A DNA stretch of 64,000 nt from an uncultured Acidobacteriota bacterium (GTDB taxonomy: Bacteria > Acidobacteriota > Thermoanaerobaculia > Multivoradales > UBA5704): assembly GCA_963757335.1 (NCBI GenBank), contig CAVWRJ010000001.1:6917-70916 (forward strand), written 5' to 3'. Position numbers and translations under genes: made by a program. Numbering within the stretch: the stretch's first letter is position 1; the number at the start of each line of letters is the position of its first letter. The notes beneath the pieces are model-generated. The model was not told where the DNA came from, did no database searches, and worked only from the letters and a program-made list of their open reading frames with translations. Positions 52,810-60,916 of the stretch are shown here, one piece after another.

Positions 52810-54192
52810 CTACTCTAAGCCCCCGTGAGCGTGCCCGGGCACGCTCACGGGGGCCCCGCCTGGCCCTAGCGCGGCGGCGGGGGCGTCTCGATCGGCGGGC
52901 CGGGGTCGGTCGGCTTGGGGGTGGGCAATCCTCCCGGCGTGTTGGGCGCCGGTCCGGTGGGGAGCTTCATGGTCCCGCTCGCCGGGGTGTCCGGCGTCAC
53001 AGTTCCCGGCGCTCCCGACGTTCCCGACGCTCCCGGGGTTCCCGGACGCTCCTGGGGCCGCCGGAGCGGTCGCCGCCGTTCCGGGAGCTGCGGCGACGCC
53101 CGGGGCTTTCGCCGAGGCGGCGGGGTTCGTCGGCTTGAAGACGTCCAGGGGATCGGACGACGCCGGAACGGGCCCCAGCAGGCTGCGGAAGCCGGCCGCC
53201 TCGGCCGGCGGGTCGGCGACGATCAGCGACTCCTTCTGGAGCTCGGCCATGTACTCGGCCAGCTTGTCGCGGTAGACCCGCTCCTCTTCCTTCTGCTGGA
53301 TGGTGGCGGCGACCTCGTTGAAGGGGCGGATGTGGCTCTCGTGCCGGTCGATCGCCTGCAGCAGGTGGAGACCGCCGCGGCCGATGACCGGCGCGCTCAC
53401 GGCGCCCTTCTGCAGGCTCCAGGCCGCTTTTTCGAGGGTCGGATCGAGGTCGCCGGGGGAGACCAGGCCGAGGTCGGAGACAGCGCTCACCTGCCCCTTG
53501 GCGAGGTAGGGCTCGACCGCCTTGTCGAGCGGCTTGCCGGCCGCCACGGCGGACTTGATCTCGCCGGCGATCCGCGCCCGCTCCTCGGGCGAGGGCACCG
53601 CCGTCTCGAGGACGACGACCTCTTTCATCTGCACCTGCTCGGGGACCCGGAAGTCGTCGACGTGCTTCCGGTAGTAGCGCCGCTGGTCCTCCTCGTCGAC
53701 CTTGATCTTGCTGTTGACCTCCTTGCCCAGCACCTCGCGGAGCCGCAGGTCGCCGCGCAGGCGTTCGCGGAGCTTGGGGAGCGTCGTCCCCGACTGGGCG
53801 AGGGCGGCCTGGAACTCCTGGTCGCTCTTGATCGCGTTGCTCTCCCGCAGCTGCTGGATCGCGCGGTCGACCTGGTCGTCGGTGATCTCGACGTCGATCT
53901 GGCCGGCGCGCGAGCGCAGGAGGAGCTCCTCATAGAGGTCCTTGAAGACGATCTCCCCGGCCTGGCCGAGCAGGCGCTGGCGCTCGGCGGGATCGCGCTC
54001 TCTGTGATTGATGTCGTCGATCATCTCCGCTTTGCGCTTCTGGTAGTCGACCAGGGTCGCGATCTCGTCGTTGATCCGCAGGACGACCTTGTCGAGGACC
54101 TCGGCGGAGGCCGGCCGCGGCGCCGTCAGCACCGTCAGGGGTACGGCGAGGAGCAGGAGGCTAGCGACGCTGAGCTTTTTTTGTGGAGCCAC
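52810..54192 (-). CDS. SurA-like periplasmic chaperone / parvulin-type peptidyl-prolyl isomerase; low-complexity tail, true stop may be 52866
   Basis: GTG 54192 gives the signal KKLSVASLLLLAVPLTVLTAPRPASA. DKVVLRINDEIATLVDYQKR is a SurA_N-like region. VQMKEVVVLE...GDLGLVSPGDLDPTLEKAAWSLQKGAVSAPVIGRGGLHLLQAI is a PpiC rotamase. An alternative frame in the tail gives PGTVTPDTPASGTMKLPTGPAPNTPGGLPTPKPTDPGPPIETPPPPR*, ending just before the palindrome. Confidence 0.75.
   Translation of the reverse strand: MAPQKKLSVASLLLLAVPLTVLTAPRPASAEVLDKVVLRINDEIATLVDYQKRKAEMIDDINHRERDPAERQRLLGQAGEIVFKDLYEELLLRSRAGQIDVEITDDQVDRAIQQLRESNAIKSDQEFQAALAQSGTTLPKLRERLRGDLRLREVLGKEVNSKIKVDEEDQRRYYRKHVDDFRVPEQVQMKEVVVLETAVPSPEERARIAGEIKSAVAAGKPLDKAVEPYLAKGQVSAVSDLGLVSPGDLDPTLEKAAWSLQKGAVSAPVIGRGGLHLLQAIDRHESHIRPFNEVAATIQQKEEERVYRDKLAEYMAELQKESLIVADPPAEAAGFRSLLGPVPASSDPLDVFKPTNPAASAKAPGVAAAPGTAATAPAAPGASGNPGSVGNVGSAGNCDAGHPGERDHEAPHRTGAQHAGRIAHPQADRPRPADRDAPAAALGPGGAPVSVPGHAHGGLE
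52819..52854. repeat. Perfect 36-bp palindrome (18-bp arms) at the 3' end of the SurA-like gene
   Basis: The sequence is GCCCCCGTGAGCGTGCCC|GGGCACGCTCACGGGGGC. No U-run follows on either strand. Confidence 0.6.
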
Positions 54193-55027
54193 TGTAGACG
54201 CCCTCGTAGTTGAACGGGAGATTCCTCCCGAAGACCACAACAGTGTACCGGTTGCGGCATTCCCCCACCAGCGAGGCCAGCCGGCGGTCGGAGCGCGCCT
54301 GGCGGAGCCGGGCGCGGATGCCGTCCTCGACCTCGGAGAGCGGGGCGACCTCGGCGGGCAGCCGCTCGACGACCTGGAAGAGGTGGAAGCCGTACTCGGC
54401 CGGTATCACCCGGGAGACCTGGCCGGCTTTCAGGTTGAAGATGGCATCGGCAAAGGTGGGGGGGAGGTCGGCGCGCGCCAGCACCCCCTGGAAGCCACCG
54501 GCGCTCTCCCCCCGGGTCAGCCGGCGGGCCACCTCCTCGAACGGGGTCCCGGCGGCGATCTGGCGCGCCGCTTTCTCCGCCGCCACCCGGTCCTCGACCA
54601 GGATCTGGCGCAGCCGCACCCGCTCGGGACGGGCGAACTCCTGGTGGTGGGCGGCGTAGAACTCGGCGATCTCGGCGGCGCTCGGCTCGGCGCTCGCATC
54701 GGTCTTCAGGAGCGCATCCGCCGCCTGCCGGGGGTGGTCGATCGAGGGGACGAGCCCGCGTTCGAGGGCGAGCCGGGCGAGGAGCTGCTCGTCTAAGAAC
54801 TGGTCGAAGAGCTCGGAGAGGACGTCGCTCGCGAGCACCGTGTCGGGGTCGCCCATGGAGTGCTTCAGGTAGCCCTCGAAGCGGGAGTAGTGGACGTCCC
54901 TGCCGCCGATCCGCGCTACCACGTCGGGGGCGGGGGGCTGCTCGCGGTGGCAGGCGAGGCCGGCAGAGAGGGCGAAGAGGGCGAGGAGGAGGAGAGAGAG
55001 GCGGCGGAATCGGAGCGGGACGGCCAT
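54161..55027 (-). CDS. PpiC/parvulin-type peptidyl-prolyl isomerase lipoprotein (PrsA/PpiD-like)
   Basis: ATG 55027 gives MAVPLRFRRLSLLLLALFALSAGLAC, which has a lipobox. ERVRLRQILVED...GGFQGVLARADLPPTFADAIFNLKAGQVSRVIPAEYGFHLFQVV is the rotamase domain. Confidence 0.8.
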   Translation of the reverse strand: MAVPLRFRRLSLLLLALFALSAGLACHREQPPAPDVVARIGGRDVHYSRFEGYLKHSMGDPDTVLASDVLSELFDQFLDEQLLARLALERGLVPSIDHPRQAADALLKTDASAEPSAAEIAEFYAAHHQEFARPERVRLRQILVEDRVAAEKAARQIAAGTPFEEVARRLTRGESAGGFQGVLARADLPPTFADAIFNLKAGQVSRVIPAEYGFHLFQVVERLPAEVAPLSEVEDGIRARLRQARSDRRLASLVGECRNRYTVVVFGRNLPFNYEGVYSGSTKKAQRR

Positions 55028-55038
55028 GCTCGCTATCC

Positions 55039-58000
55039 CTACCCCGCGAGCGCCGAGAGCGTCTCGCGCGCGATCGCCACCATCTGCCCGCCGCGGCCGG
55101 CGGCGAGGGTCAGGACGCCGCTCGGGCTGAAGGCGGCGCCGGGCCGGGTCGAGACCATCTCGATCAGGCGGTCGATGTCGATCCGGGCGTCCCGGCGGAG
55201 GCGAATCACCAGCTCGCCGCCCTTGGCGGAGATCGACTGGACGCGGAGCGACTCGGCGAGGCGTTTGAGCGCCGCGACCTCGATGAGCGAGCGGACGGAA
55301 GGCGGCGGCGGCCCGAAGCGGTCGGTGAGCTCGGCCAGGACGTCCTCCTCCGACTCCTCGGCGGAGGCGATCTTCCGGTAGAGCTCCATCCGCAGGTTGG
55401 CGTTCTCGACGTAGCTCTCGGGGATCGCCATGGGAACCGGCAGGTCGATGGCGGCGGACGGCGCCTCGGCGACCTCCTCGCCGCGCATCTCGCGGACGGT
55501 CTCCTCCAAGAGCTTCAGATAGGTCTCGATCCCCACCGCCCCGATGTGGCCGCTCTGCTCGGCGCCCAGGAGGTTGCCGGCGCCGCGGATCTCCAAGTCC
55601 CGCGCCGCGATGCGGAAGCCGGCCCCGAGGTCGGTGAACTCGCGGATCGCCGCCAGCCGCTTCCTCGCCACCTCGGTCAGCACCCGGTCCTCGGAGACCA
55701 GGAGGTAGCAGTAGGCGAGCTGGTTGCTCCGCCCCACCCGGCCGCGCAGCTGGTAGAGCTGGGCGAGGCCGAAGCGGTCGGCGCGGTGGACGATCATGGT
55801 GTTGACGTTGGGGATGTCGATGCCGTTCTCGATGATCGTCGTGGCGAGGAGGACGTCGTACTCGCCGCGAGTGAAGGCGTGCATCCGCCGCGACAGCTCG
55901 GCCTCGTCGAGCTGCCCGTGGCCGACCGTCACCCGCACCCCGGGCACCAGCTCTTTCAGATCGATCAGCATCTTCTCGATCGATTCCACCCGGTTGTAGA
56001 CGTAGAAGACCTGGCCGCCGCGCTCGATCTCGAACTCGATCGCCTCGCGGAGCACCTCCTTGTTGAACGGGAGAATCGCGGTCTCGACCGCCATCCGGTC
56101 CTTGGGCGGGGTCTCGATCACCGACAGGTCGCGCACCCCGGCGAGCGAGAGCTGGAGGGTGCGCGGCACCGGGGTCGCCGACATGGCGAGCACGTGCACC
56201 CCCTTCTTCATCTGCTTCAGGCGCTCCTTCTGGGCGACCCCGAAGCGCTGCTCCTCGTCGACGATCATGAGGCCCAGCTTGGGCAGCTCCATGTCCTTCG
56301 ACAGCAGCCGGTGGGTGCCGATCAGGATGTCGACCTTCCCCTCCTTGAGCTTCTTCTTGATCTCCCGCACCTCGGCCGGCGAGCGGAAGCGGGAGATCAT
56401 CTCGATCGAGACGGGCAAGTCGGCGAAGCGGCGGCGGAAGGTCTCCAGATGCTGGTCGGCGAGGATCGTCGTCGGCGCCAGGACCGCCACCTGGTAGCCG
56501 CCGTCGACCGCCTTGAAGGCGGCCCGCATGGCCACCTCGGTCTTGCCGTAACCGACGTCGCCGCAGAGCAGGCGGTCCATGGGTCGCTCGCGTTGCAGGT
56601 CCTCCTTGATGACGGCGATCGTCTCCAGCTGGTCGGGGCTCTCCTCGTAGGGGAAGGCGGCCTCGAACTGGCGCTGGAGGTCGCTGTCGCCGGGCATCGC
56701 CGGGGCCTGGGCGATCTGGCGCTCGGCGTAGAGCTTGAGGAGCTCGGCCGCCATGTCGCGCATGCTGCTCTTGACCCGCGCCTTGGTCTTGTTCCAGGAG
56801 GTGCCCCCGAGCTGATCGAGGCGCGGCGCCACCCCCTCGATGCCGCTGTACTTCTGGATCAGGTCGAGCCGCGAGAGGGGGAGGAGGAGGCGCTTGCCCG
56901 TGGCGTAGGAGATCTCCATCACCTCGGTCGCCGAGGGCGGCGGAGCGAGATCCTTGAGCGTCGACGGCAGGGAGGCGTTGTCCGGCTCGGCCCCCACCGA
57001 GCGGAGGGCCACGAACTGGCCGATGCCGTGGTCGGAGTGGACCACGTAGTCGCCGATCTTCAAATCGCGCAGGCTGGAGACGAACGGGCCGTAGCGGGCG
57101 CGCTGCACCCGGCGCTGGAGCTTGGCCTGGGAGAGGAGCTGCTGCTCGCCGTAGACGACGACCCCGGCGGCGGGGAAGCGGAAGCCGCGCGCCAGCTCGC
57201 CGGCGGTGATCTCGACCCCGCCCTGGCCGATCGCCACCTCGCGCCCTTCGAGCAGCTCCTCGATGCGGTCTCGATGGAGCGGCGAGACGACCAGGATGCA
57301 GCGCTCGCCCCGCGCCCGGGCGGTCGCCACCTCCTGGGGGAAGCGCGGCAGCTGGCCATGGAAGAGATCGGTCGTCACGGCATGAAAGTCGAGGACCTTC
57401 TCCCCCGGGCTCGCGCTGAGCACGAGGTCGCGCAGGCGGATCTGGGCCCGGTCGAGGACCTCCCGCACGTCGTCGAGCGGCTTCTCCAGCGCCTCCGGCG
57501 GGACGGCCAGCCGGCCGTGCTCCCGGCGGGCCTCGAAGTCGGCCGCCATCCGTTCGGCGTGATGGACCGCCTCGGCTTCTAAAGCCTGCGGGTCGACGGC
57601 GAAGATGAGCGCCTCGGGAAGGATGTCGGCGAGCGAGCCGATCTTCCCGGCGTCGACCAGGAGCGGCAGGAGGTTCTCCCAGCCGGGAAAGCCGCCGCGC
57701 TCGCGGAGATCGGTCAGCCGCTCGGCGATCTCGGGCAGCAGGTCGAGATCGTCGCCAGCCTGGGCGGCCACCTGGTCGGCGAGCTCCATCGCCTCCTCCG
57801 GGCCGCCCGGGAAGAGGAAGAGCGGCAGCACCCGGACCCCGTCCAGGGTGTCCTCGGAGCGCTGCGACTGGGCGTCGAACCAGCGGATGGATTCGATCGT
57901 GTCGCCGAAGAAGTCGAGCCGGACCGGCGACCCCTCCCCCGGCGGATAGAGGTCGAAGATGCCGCCCCGCACGGCGAAGTCGCCGACCTCGTAGACCAGG

Positions 58001-58494
58001 TCGGTGCGGCAGAAGCCATGGCGGAGGAGATGCGCGGCGAGCTCGTCGATCGGCCACTCCTCGCCCGGCCGCAATTCGAGGACGGTCGAGAGGAACGCGG
58101 CGGCGGTGGGGAGCAGGCGGAAGAGGGAGCGCGGGGTGGTGACGATCGTCGTCGCAGCACCCGAGATCACCCGGTCCAAGGCGACCGCCTCCTGGGCCCG
58201 CACCAGGAGCGAGGTCTCGGTCTCCTGGTAGGGGGTGAGCGAGGGGGAGGGGAAGTAGACCGTCCCGTCCCGCCGGCCGAAGAGCTGGGCCGCCTCGGTC
58301 CAGGTGAGAGCGTCCCCCTCGCGAGGCACGATGGCGAGGAGCGGCCGCCCGAGGTCCGTCGCCAGAAGCTCCCCCATCCAGGCCGCCGCCGGCACCGGCA
58401 GGCGCACGACGTCCCCGCCCCCCGCGAGGAGGGATCTGTAGGGCGCACTGCTGCGCAGCGTGCGGGAGAGCTCCTCCCAAACGCGTTCGGCCAT
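55039..58494 (-). CDS. mfd: Transcription-repair coupling factor
   Basis: The 1151-aa protein carries VVHSDHGIGQF (RNAP-interacting domain), LLCGDVGYGKTEVAMRA (helicase motif I), DEEQRFGV, TATPIPRT-like SATPVPRT, and a TRG motif region (RGRVGRS). Confidence 0.95.
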   Translation of the reverse strand: MAERVWEELSRTLRSSAPYRSLLAGGGDVVRLPVPAAAWMGELLATDLGRPLLAIVPREGDALTWTEAAQLFGRRDGTVYFPSPSLTPYQETETSLLVRAQEAVALDRVISGAATTIVTTPRSLFRLLPTAAAFLSTVLELRPGEEWPIDELAAHLLRHGFCRTDLVYEVGDFAVRGGIFDLYPPGEGSPVRLDFFGDTIESIRWFDAQSQRSEDTLDGVRVLPLFLFPGGPEEAMELADQVAAQAGDDLDLLPEIAERLTDLRERGGFPGWENLLPLLVDAGKIGSLADILPEALIFAVDPQALEAEAVHHAERMAADFEARREHGRLAVPPEALEKPLDDVREVLDRAQIRLRDLVLSASPGEKVLDFHAVTTDLFHGQLPRFPQEVATARARGERCILVVSPLHRDRIEELLEGREVAIGQGGVEITAGELARGFRFPAAGVVVYGEQQLLSQAKLQRRVQRARYGPFVSSLRDLKIGDYVVHSDHGIGQFVALRSVGAEPDNASLPSTLKDLAPPPSATEVMEISYATGKRLLLPLSRLDLIQKYSGIEGVAPRLDQLGGTSWNKTKARVKSSMRDMAAELLKLYAERQIAQAPAMPGDSDLQRQFEAAFPYEESPDQLETIAVIKEDLQRERPMDRLLCGDVGYGKTEVAMRAAFKAVDGGYQVAVLAPTTILADQHLETFRRRFADLPVSIEMISRFRSPAEVREIKKKLKEGKVDILIGTHRLLSKDMELPKLGLMIVDEEQRFGVAQKERLKQMKKGVHVLAMSATPVPRTLQLSLAGVRDLSVIETPPKDRMAVETAILPFNKEVLREAIEFEIERGGQVFYVYNRVESIEKMLIDLKELVPGVRVTVGHGQLDEAELSRRMHAFTRGEYDVLLATTIIENGIDIPNVNTMIVHRADRFGLAQLYQLRGRVGRSNQLAYCYLLVSEDRVLTEVARKRLAAIREFTDLGAGFRIAARDLEIRGAGNLLGAEQSGHIGAVGIETYLKLLEETVREMRGEEVAEAPSAAIDLPVPMAIPESYVENANLRMELYRKIASAEESEEDVLAELTDRFGPPPPSVRSLIEVAALKRLAESLRVQSISAKGGELVIRLRRDARIDIDRLIEMVSTRPGAAFSPSGVLTLAAGRGGQMVAIARETLSALAG

Positions 58495-58549
58495 GGGGAC
58501 AGTGTACCCCGCGGGGGGAGTGGGGGCGATTCCCGACTAAAATGAGCCG

Positions 58550-58813
58550 ATGAGCCCGGTCCCGTCCGACACCCCGCCCGATGTCGAAGAGATCCTCCTC
58601 GAAGGCTACCGCCGGATGACGCCGGGAGAGCGGCTGGTCCGCGCCTTCGACATGAGCCGGGCCGTCCAGCAGCTCGCCCTCGTCCGCATCCGGGCGGAGT
58701 ACGGACCCGATCTAACCGAACGCGAGGAGCGCCTGCGCCTGGCCTCGCTCTGGCTTCCGCGGGAGACCATGGTGGAAGTCTTCGGGTGGGACCCGGAAGT
58801 CGAGGGGTATTGA
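58550..58813 (+). CDS. Hypothetical 87-aa protein
   Basis: The sequence is MSPVPSDTPPDVEEILLEGYRRMTPGERLVRAFDMSRAVQQLALVRIRAEYGPDLTEREERLRLASLWL.... Its stop overlaps an ATG that opens only a 21-codon ORF. Confidence 0.5.
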   Translation: MSPVPSDTPPDVEEILLEGYRRMTPGERLVRAFDMSRAVQQLALVRIRAEYGPDLTEREERLRLASLWLPRETMVEVFGWDPEVEGY

Positions 58814-58862
58814 TGGAGTTGGCGGAAGGTAGTGGGGAGCGAGTGCTTTCACAATCCAGCCA

Positions 58863-59183
58863 CTACCGCGTCCGATGAGCGGGGATCTCTTCCAACTCGT
58901 GGCACAAGCGTTTCTCTGCATGCCATAGATCAAAGCGCTGCTGCATTCGAAGCCAGAGCCCCGGACCGTTACCGCAAAATTTGCCCAACCGGACAGCCAT
59001 CTCAGGACTGATGGCCGACTTTCCCGCCAAGACCCGGTGGAGGGTCTGGCGCGTTACCCGGAGCTGGCGTGCTGCTTCGCTGACGGAAAGATTCAAGGCC
59101 GGCAGAACGTCCTCGCGTAGAAGCTCTCCTGGGTGAGTCGGTTGGCGGCGAGATTTCCCCTGCTGTGTCGTGTCTAGGGCCAT
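58863..59183 (-). CDS. higA: HigA-family antitoxin (XRE-type HTH)
   Basis: HPGELLREDVLPALNLSVSEAARQLRVTRQTLHRVLAGKSAISPEMAVRLGKFCGNGPGLWLRMQQRFDLW is the canonical HigA pattern. Confidence 0.85.
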   Translation of the reverse strand: MALDTTQQGKSRRQPTHPGELLREDVLPALNLSVSEAARQLRVTRQTLHRVLAGKSAISPEMAVRLGKFCGNGPGLWLRMQQRFDLWHAEKRLCHELEEIPAHRTR

Positions 59184-59195
59184 GACTCTTCCTCG

Positions 59196-59471
59196 CTAAT
59201 GGTACTGCACCAAGTCTACCTGCAGGACACGGCCCTGATCCCATTCAAAGGTGATGCACCATGGACCGTTGACGTGCAAGCTGTAACGCTGCGGCTTGCC
59301 CCGCAAAGGGTGAAAGTCGAAGCCCGGCAGGCTTAAATCCAGCAGATCCTCGGCCTCGTCCATAGCGTCAAGCCTACGGAGTGCTCGAGCCTGTAGATCC
59401 TGCCGCACCTTCCGACTAGAGCCCGTCTCGAACAGCTCCTTGAGCCCTTTGTGCCGGAAGCTCTGGATCAC
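59196..59471 (-). CDS. higB: HigB-type toxin (RelE/ParE superfamily, plasmid maintenance system killer)
   Basis: MIQSFRHKGLKELFETGSSRKV...LDAMDEAEDLLDLSLPGFDFHPLRGKPQRYSLHVNGPWCITFEW. The toxin-first gene order is typical of higBA. Confidence 0.85.
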   Translation of the reverse strand: MIQSFRHKGLKELFETGSSRKVRQDLQARALRRLDAMDEAEDLLDLSLPGFDFHPLRGKPQRYSLHVNGPWCITFEWDQGRVLQVDLVQYH

Positions 59472-59564
59472 GGAGAGGAGTGTAACTAGCGACGTTACAG
59501 GTTGTCAAGGTTGGCGCACCATCGCTGCCCCGGGCCTCTTTCCCAATCTCCTCCATTTGGGGGC

Positions 59565-59591
59565 TTGACATCCCCCCTCATTATATATAAC
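59565..59591 (+). promoter_or_regulatory. Promoter candidate for the arsR-SRPBCC operon
   Basis: A perfect TTGACA (59565-59570) is followed by an AT-rich TATATATAAC stretch. The best -10 is TATAAC at 59586-59591, giving a 15-bp spacer, which is suboptimal. It sits very close to ATG 59601, so the mRNA may be leaderless. Confidence 0.35.
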
Positions 59592-59600
59592 CTATGAGTT

Positions 59601-60017
59601 ATGGAACCGACGAGTTATGGAACCGCAGCCCCCAACCACCTGGACGCCACCTTCGCGGCGCTCGCCGACCCCACCCGGCGGGCGATCCTCGCCCGGCTGG
59701 CTTCGGGGGAGGCGTCGGTCGCTGAGCTGGCCCAGCCTTTCGCCATGAGCCAGCCGGCGATCTCCAAACATCTCAAGGTGTTGGAGCGCGCCGGGCTGAT
59801 CTCGCGCGGCCGCGAGGCGCAGCGCCGGCCGTGCCGGCTGGTGGCGACGCCGCTCGCCGATGCCACCGAGTGGCTGGAAGGCTACCGCCAGTTCTGGGAG
59901 GCCTCCTTCGAGCGCCTCGACGCCCTGCTCGACGAGCTCCAGGCCGAGCCCACCGAGCCCACCGAGCCCACCGAGCCCAACAACATCCACGCAAAAAACG
60001 AAAGAGGAGATGAGTAA
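59601..60017 (+). CDS. ArsR/SmtB-family transcriptional regulator
   Basis: FAALADPTRRAILARLASGEASVAELAQPFAMSQPAISKHLKVLERAGLISRGREAQ is the ArsR wHTH. The C-terminal tail has TEPTEPTEP. Confidence 0.85.
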   Translation: MEPTSYGTAAPNHLDATFAALADPTRRAILARLASGEASVAELAQPFAMSQPAISKHLKVLERAGLISRGREAQRRPCRLVATPLADATEWLEGYRQFWEASFERLDALLDELQAEPTEPTEPTEPNNIHAKNERGDE

Positions 60018-60508
60018 TGCCGAACACTGGAAACTTACAGGTGACGACCCCCACGGAGCGGGAGATCGTGATGACCCGCGTCTTCAACGCCCCACGGACC
60101 CTGGTCTACGACGCTTTTACCAAGCCCGAGCTGCTCAAGCGGTGGTTTAGGTGCCGGGGCTATTCGCTCTCGGTCTGCGAGGTCGATTTGACGGTGGGCG
60201 GCAAATGGCTCTTCGTGTTTGGGCTGCCCGACGGCAGCAAGTCGATGCGGATGTCGGGCGTCTACCGAGAGATCGTGCCGCCCGAGCGGGACGTCCATAC
60301 CGAGTGCATGGAAGGCTACCCGGGAGAATCGCTGATCACCGGAGTCTTCGTCGAACGCGCCGGGAAGACGACGCTGACGATCCACTGCCTCTACGAGTCC
60401 CAGGAGATCCGCGACGCCGTGATCCAGTCGGGCATGGAGCACGGGGCGGCCGAAACCTACGACAACCTCGACCTGTACCTGGCGACGGTCGCGGCGACGG
60501 TCGCCTGA
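60017..60508 (+). CDS. SRPBCC-superfamily protein (AHSA1/Aha1-like)
   Basis: EREIVMTRVFNAPRTLVYDAFTKPELLKRWF...GGKWLFVF is typical of the Aha1-like SRPBCC proteins commonly paired with ArsR. Its start overlaps the arsR stop by 1 nt. Confidence 0.85.
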   Translation: MPNTGNLQVTTPTEREIVMTRVFNAPRTLVYDAFTKPELLKRWFRCRGYSLSVCEVDLTVGGKWLFVFGLPDGSKSMRMSGVYREIVPPERDVHTECMEGYPGESLITGVFVERAGKTTLTIHCLYESQEIRDAVIQSGMEHGAAETYDNLDLYLATVAATVA

Positions 60509-60677
60509 CCCGCCGCTTCGGACCCACGGTACGAAAAAGCCGGCAGGAGCTCCGACAAGGACTCGGGCTCCTCCGCTTTGCCCACCCGCGCCCCCGTGGG
60601 ACGACATCCAGAGGGCGTCCACGGGGCTTCGGGCGACGAGAGGCCACCGCGCGAGCCCGAGAAAGTCGGCTCACGGG

Positions 60678-60910
60678 TCGAAAAACTCTCCTTCAGCGCC
60701 GAAAAACTCGCGTTTCGCTCGGCAAAACAGTTTCACGATGCCAGTCTGGCGTTTTACGGACCTCGACGCGAGTTTCGCGTGTCGATTTTGGCGTTTTTCG
60801 GGCTCGTGTTTCAGTTTATCCAGGCAAATAGCGAGTTTTTCGGCCTTGTATTTCAGTTTATCCAGGCGAAAATCGAGTTTATCGGGCCGTTGGGCGAGTT
60901 TTTCGGCGGA
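60678..60910. repeat. AT-richer cluster of direct and inverted GAAAAACTC / GAGTTTTTC-type repeats, including a ~41-bp tandem duplication
   Basis: CGAAAAACTC occurs at 60679 and 60700. GCGAGTTTTTCGGC occurs at 60831 and 60894. The tandem pair is TTTCAGTTTATCCAGGC(A/G)AA(A)TA(G)CGAGTTT at about 60806-60845 and 60846-60888. Confidence 0.6.
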
Positions 60911-60916
60911 GCGGCC

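Noticed and set aside
54161-58480. A 1439-aa ORF, and the plus-strand 678-aa ORF 55546..57582, overlapping mfd.
   Set aside because: Only the last 288 codons (54161..55027) form a credible PpiC-type protein. The rest is an off-frame reading of mfd, whose own 1151-aa frame carries all helicase motifs.
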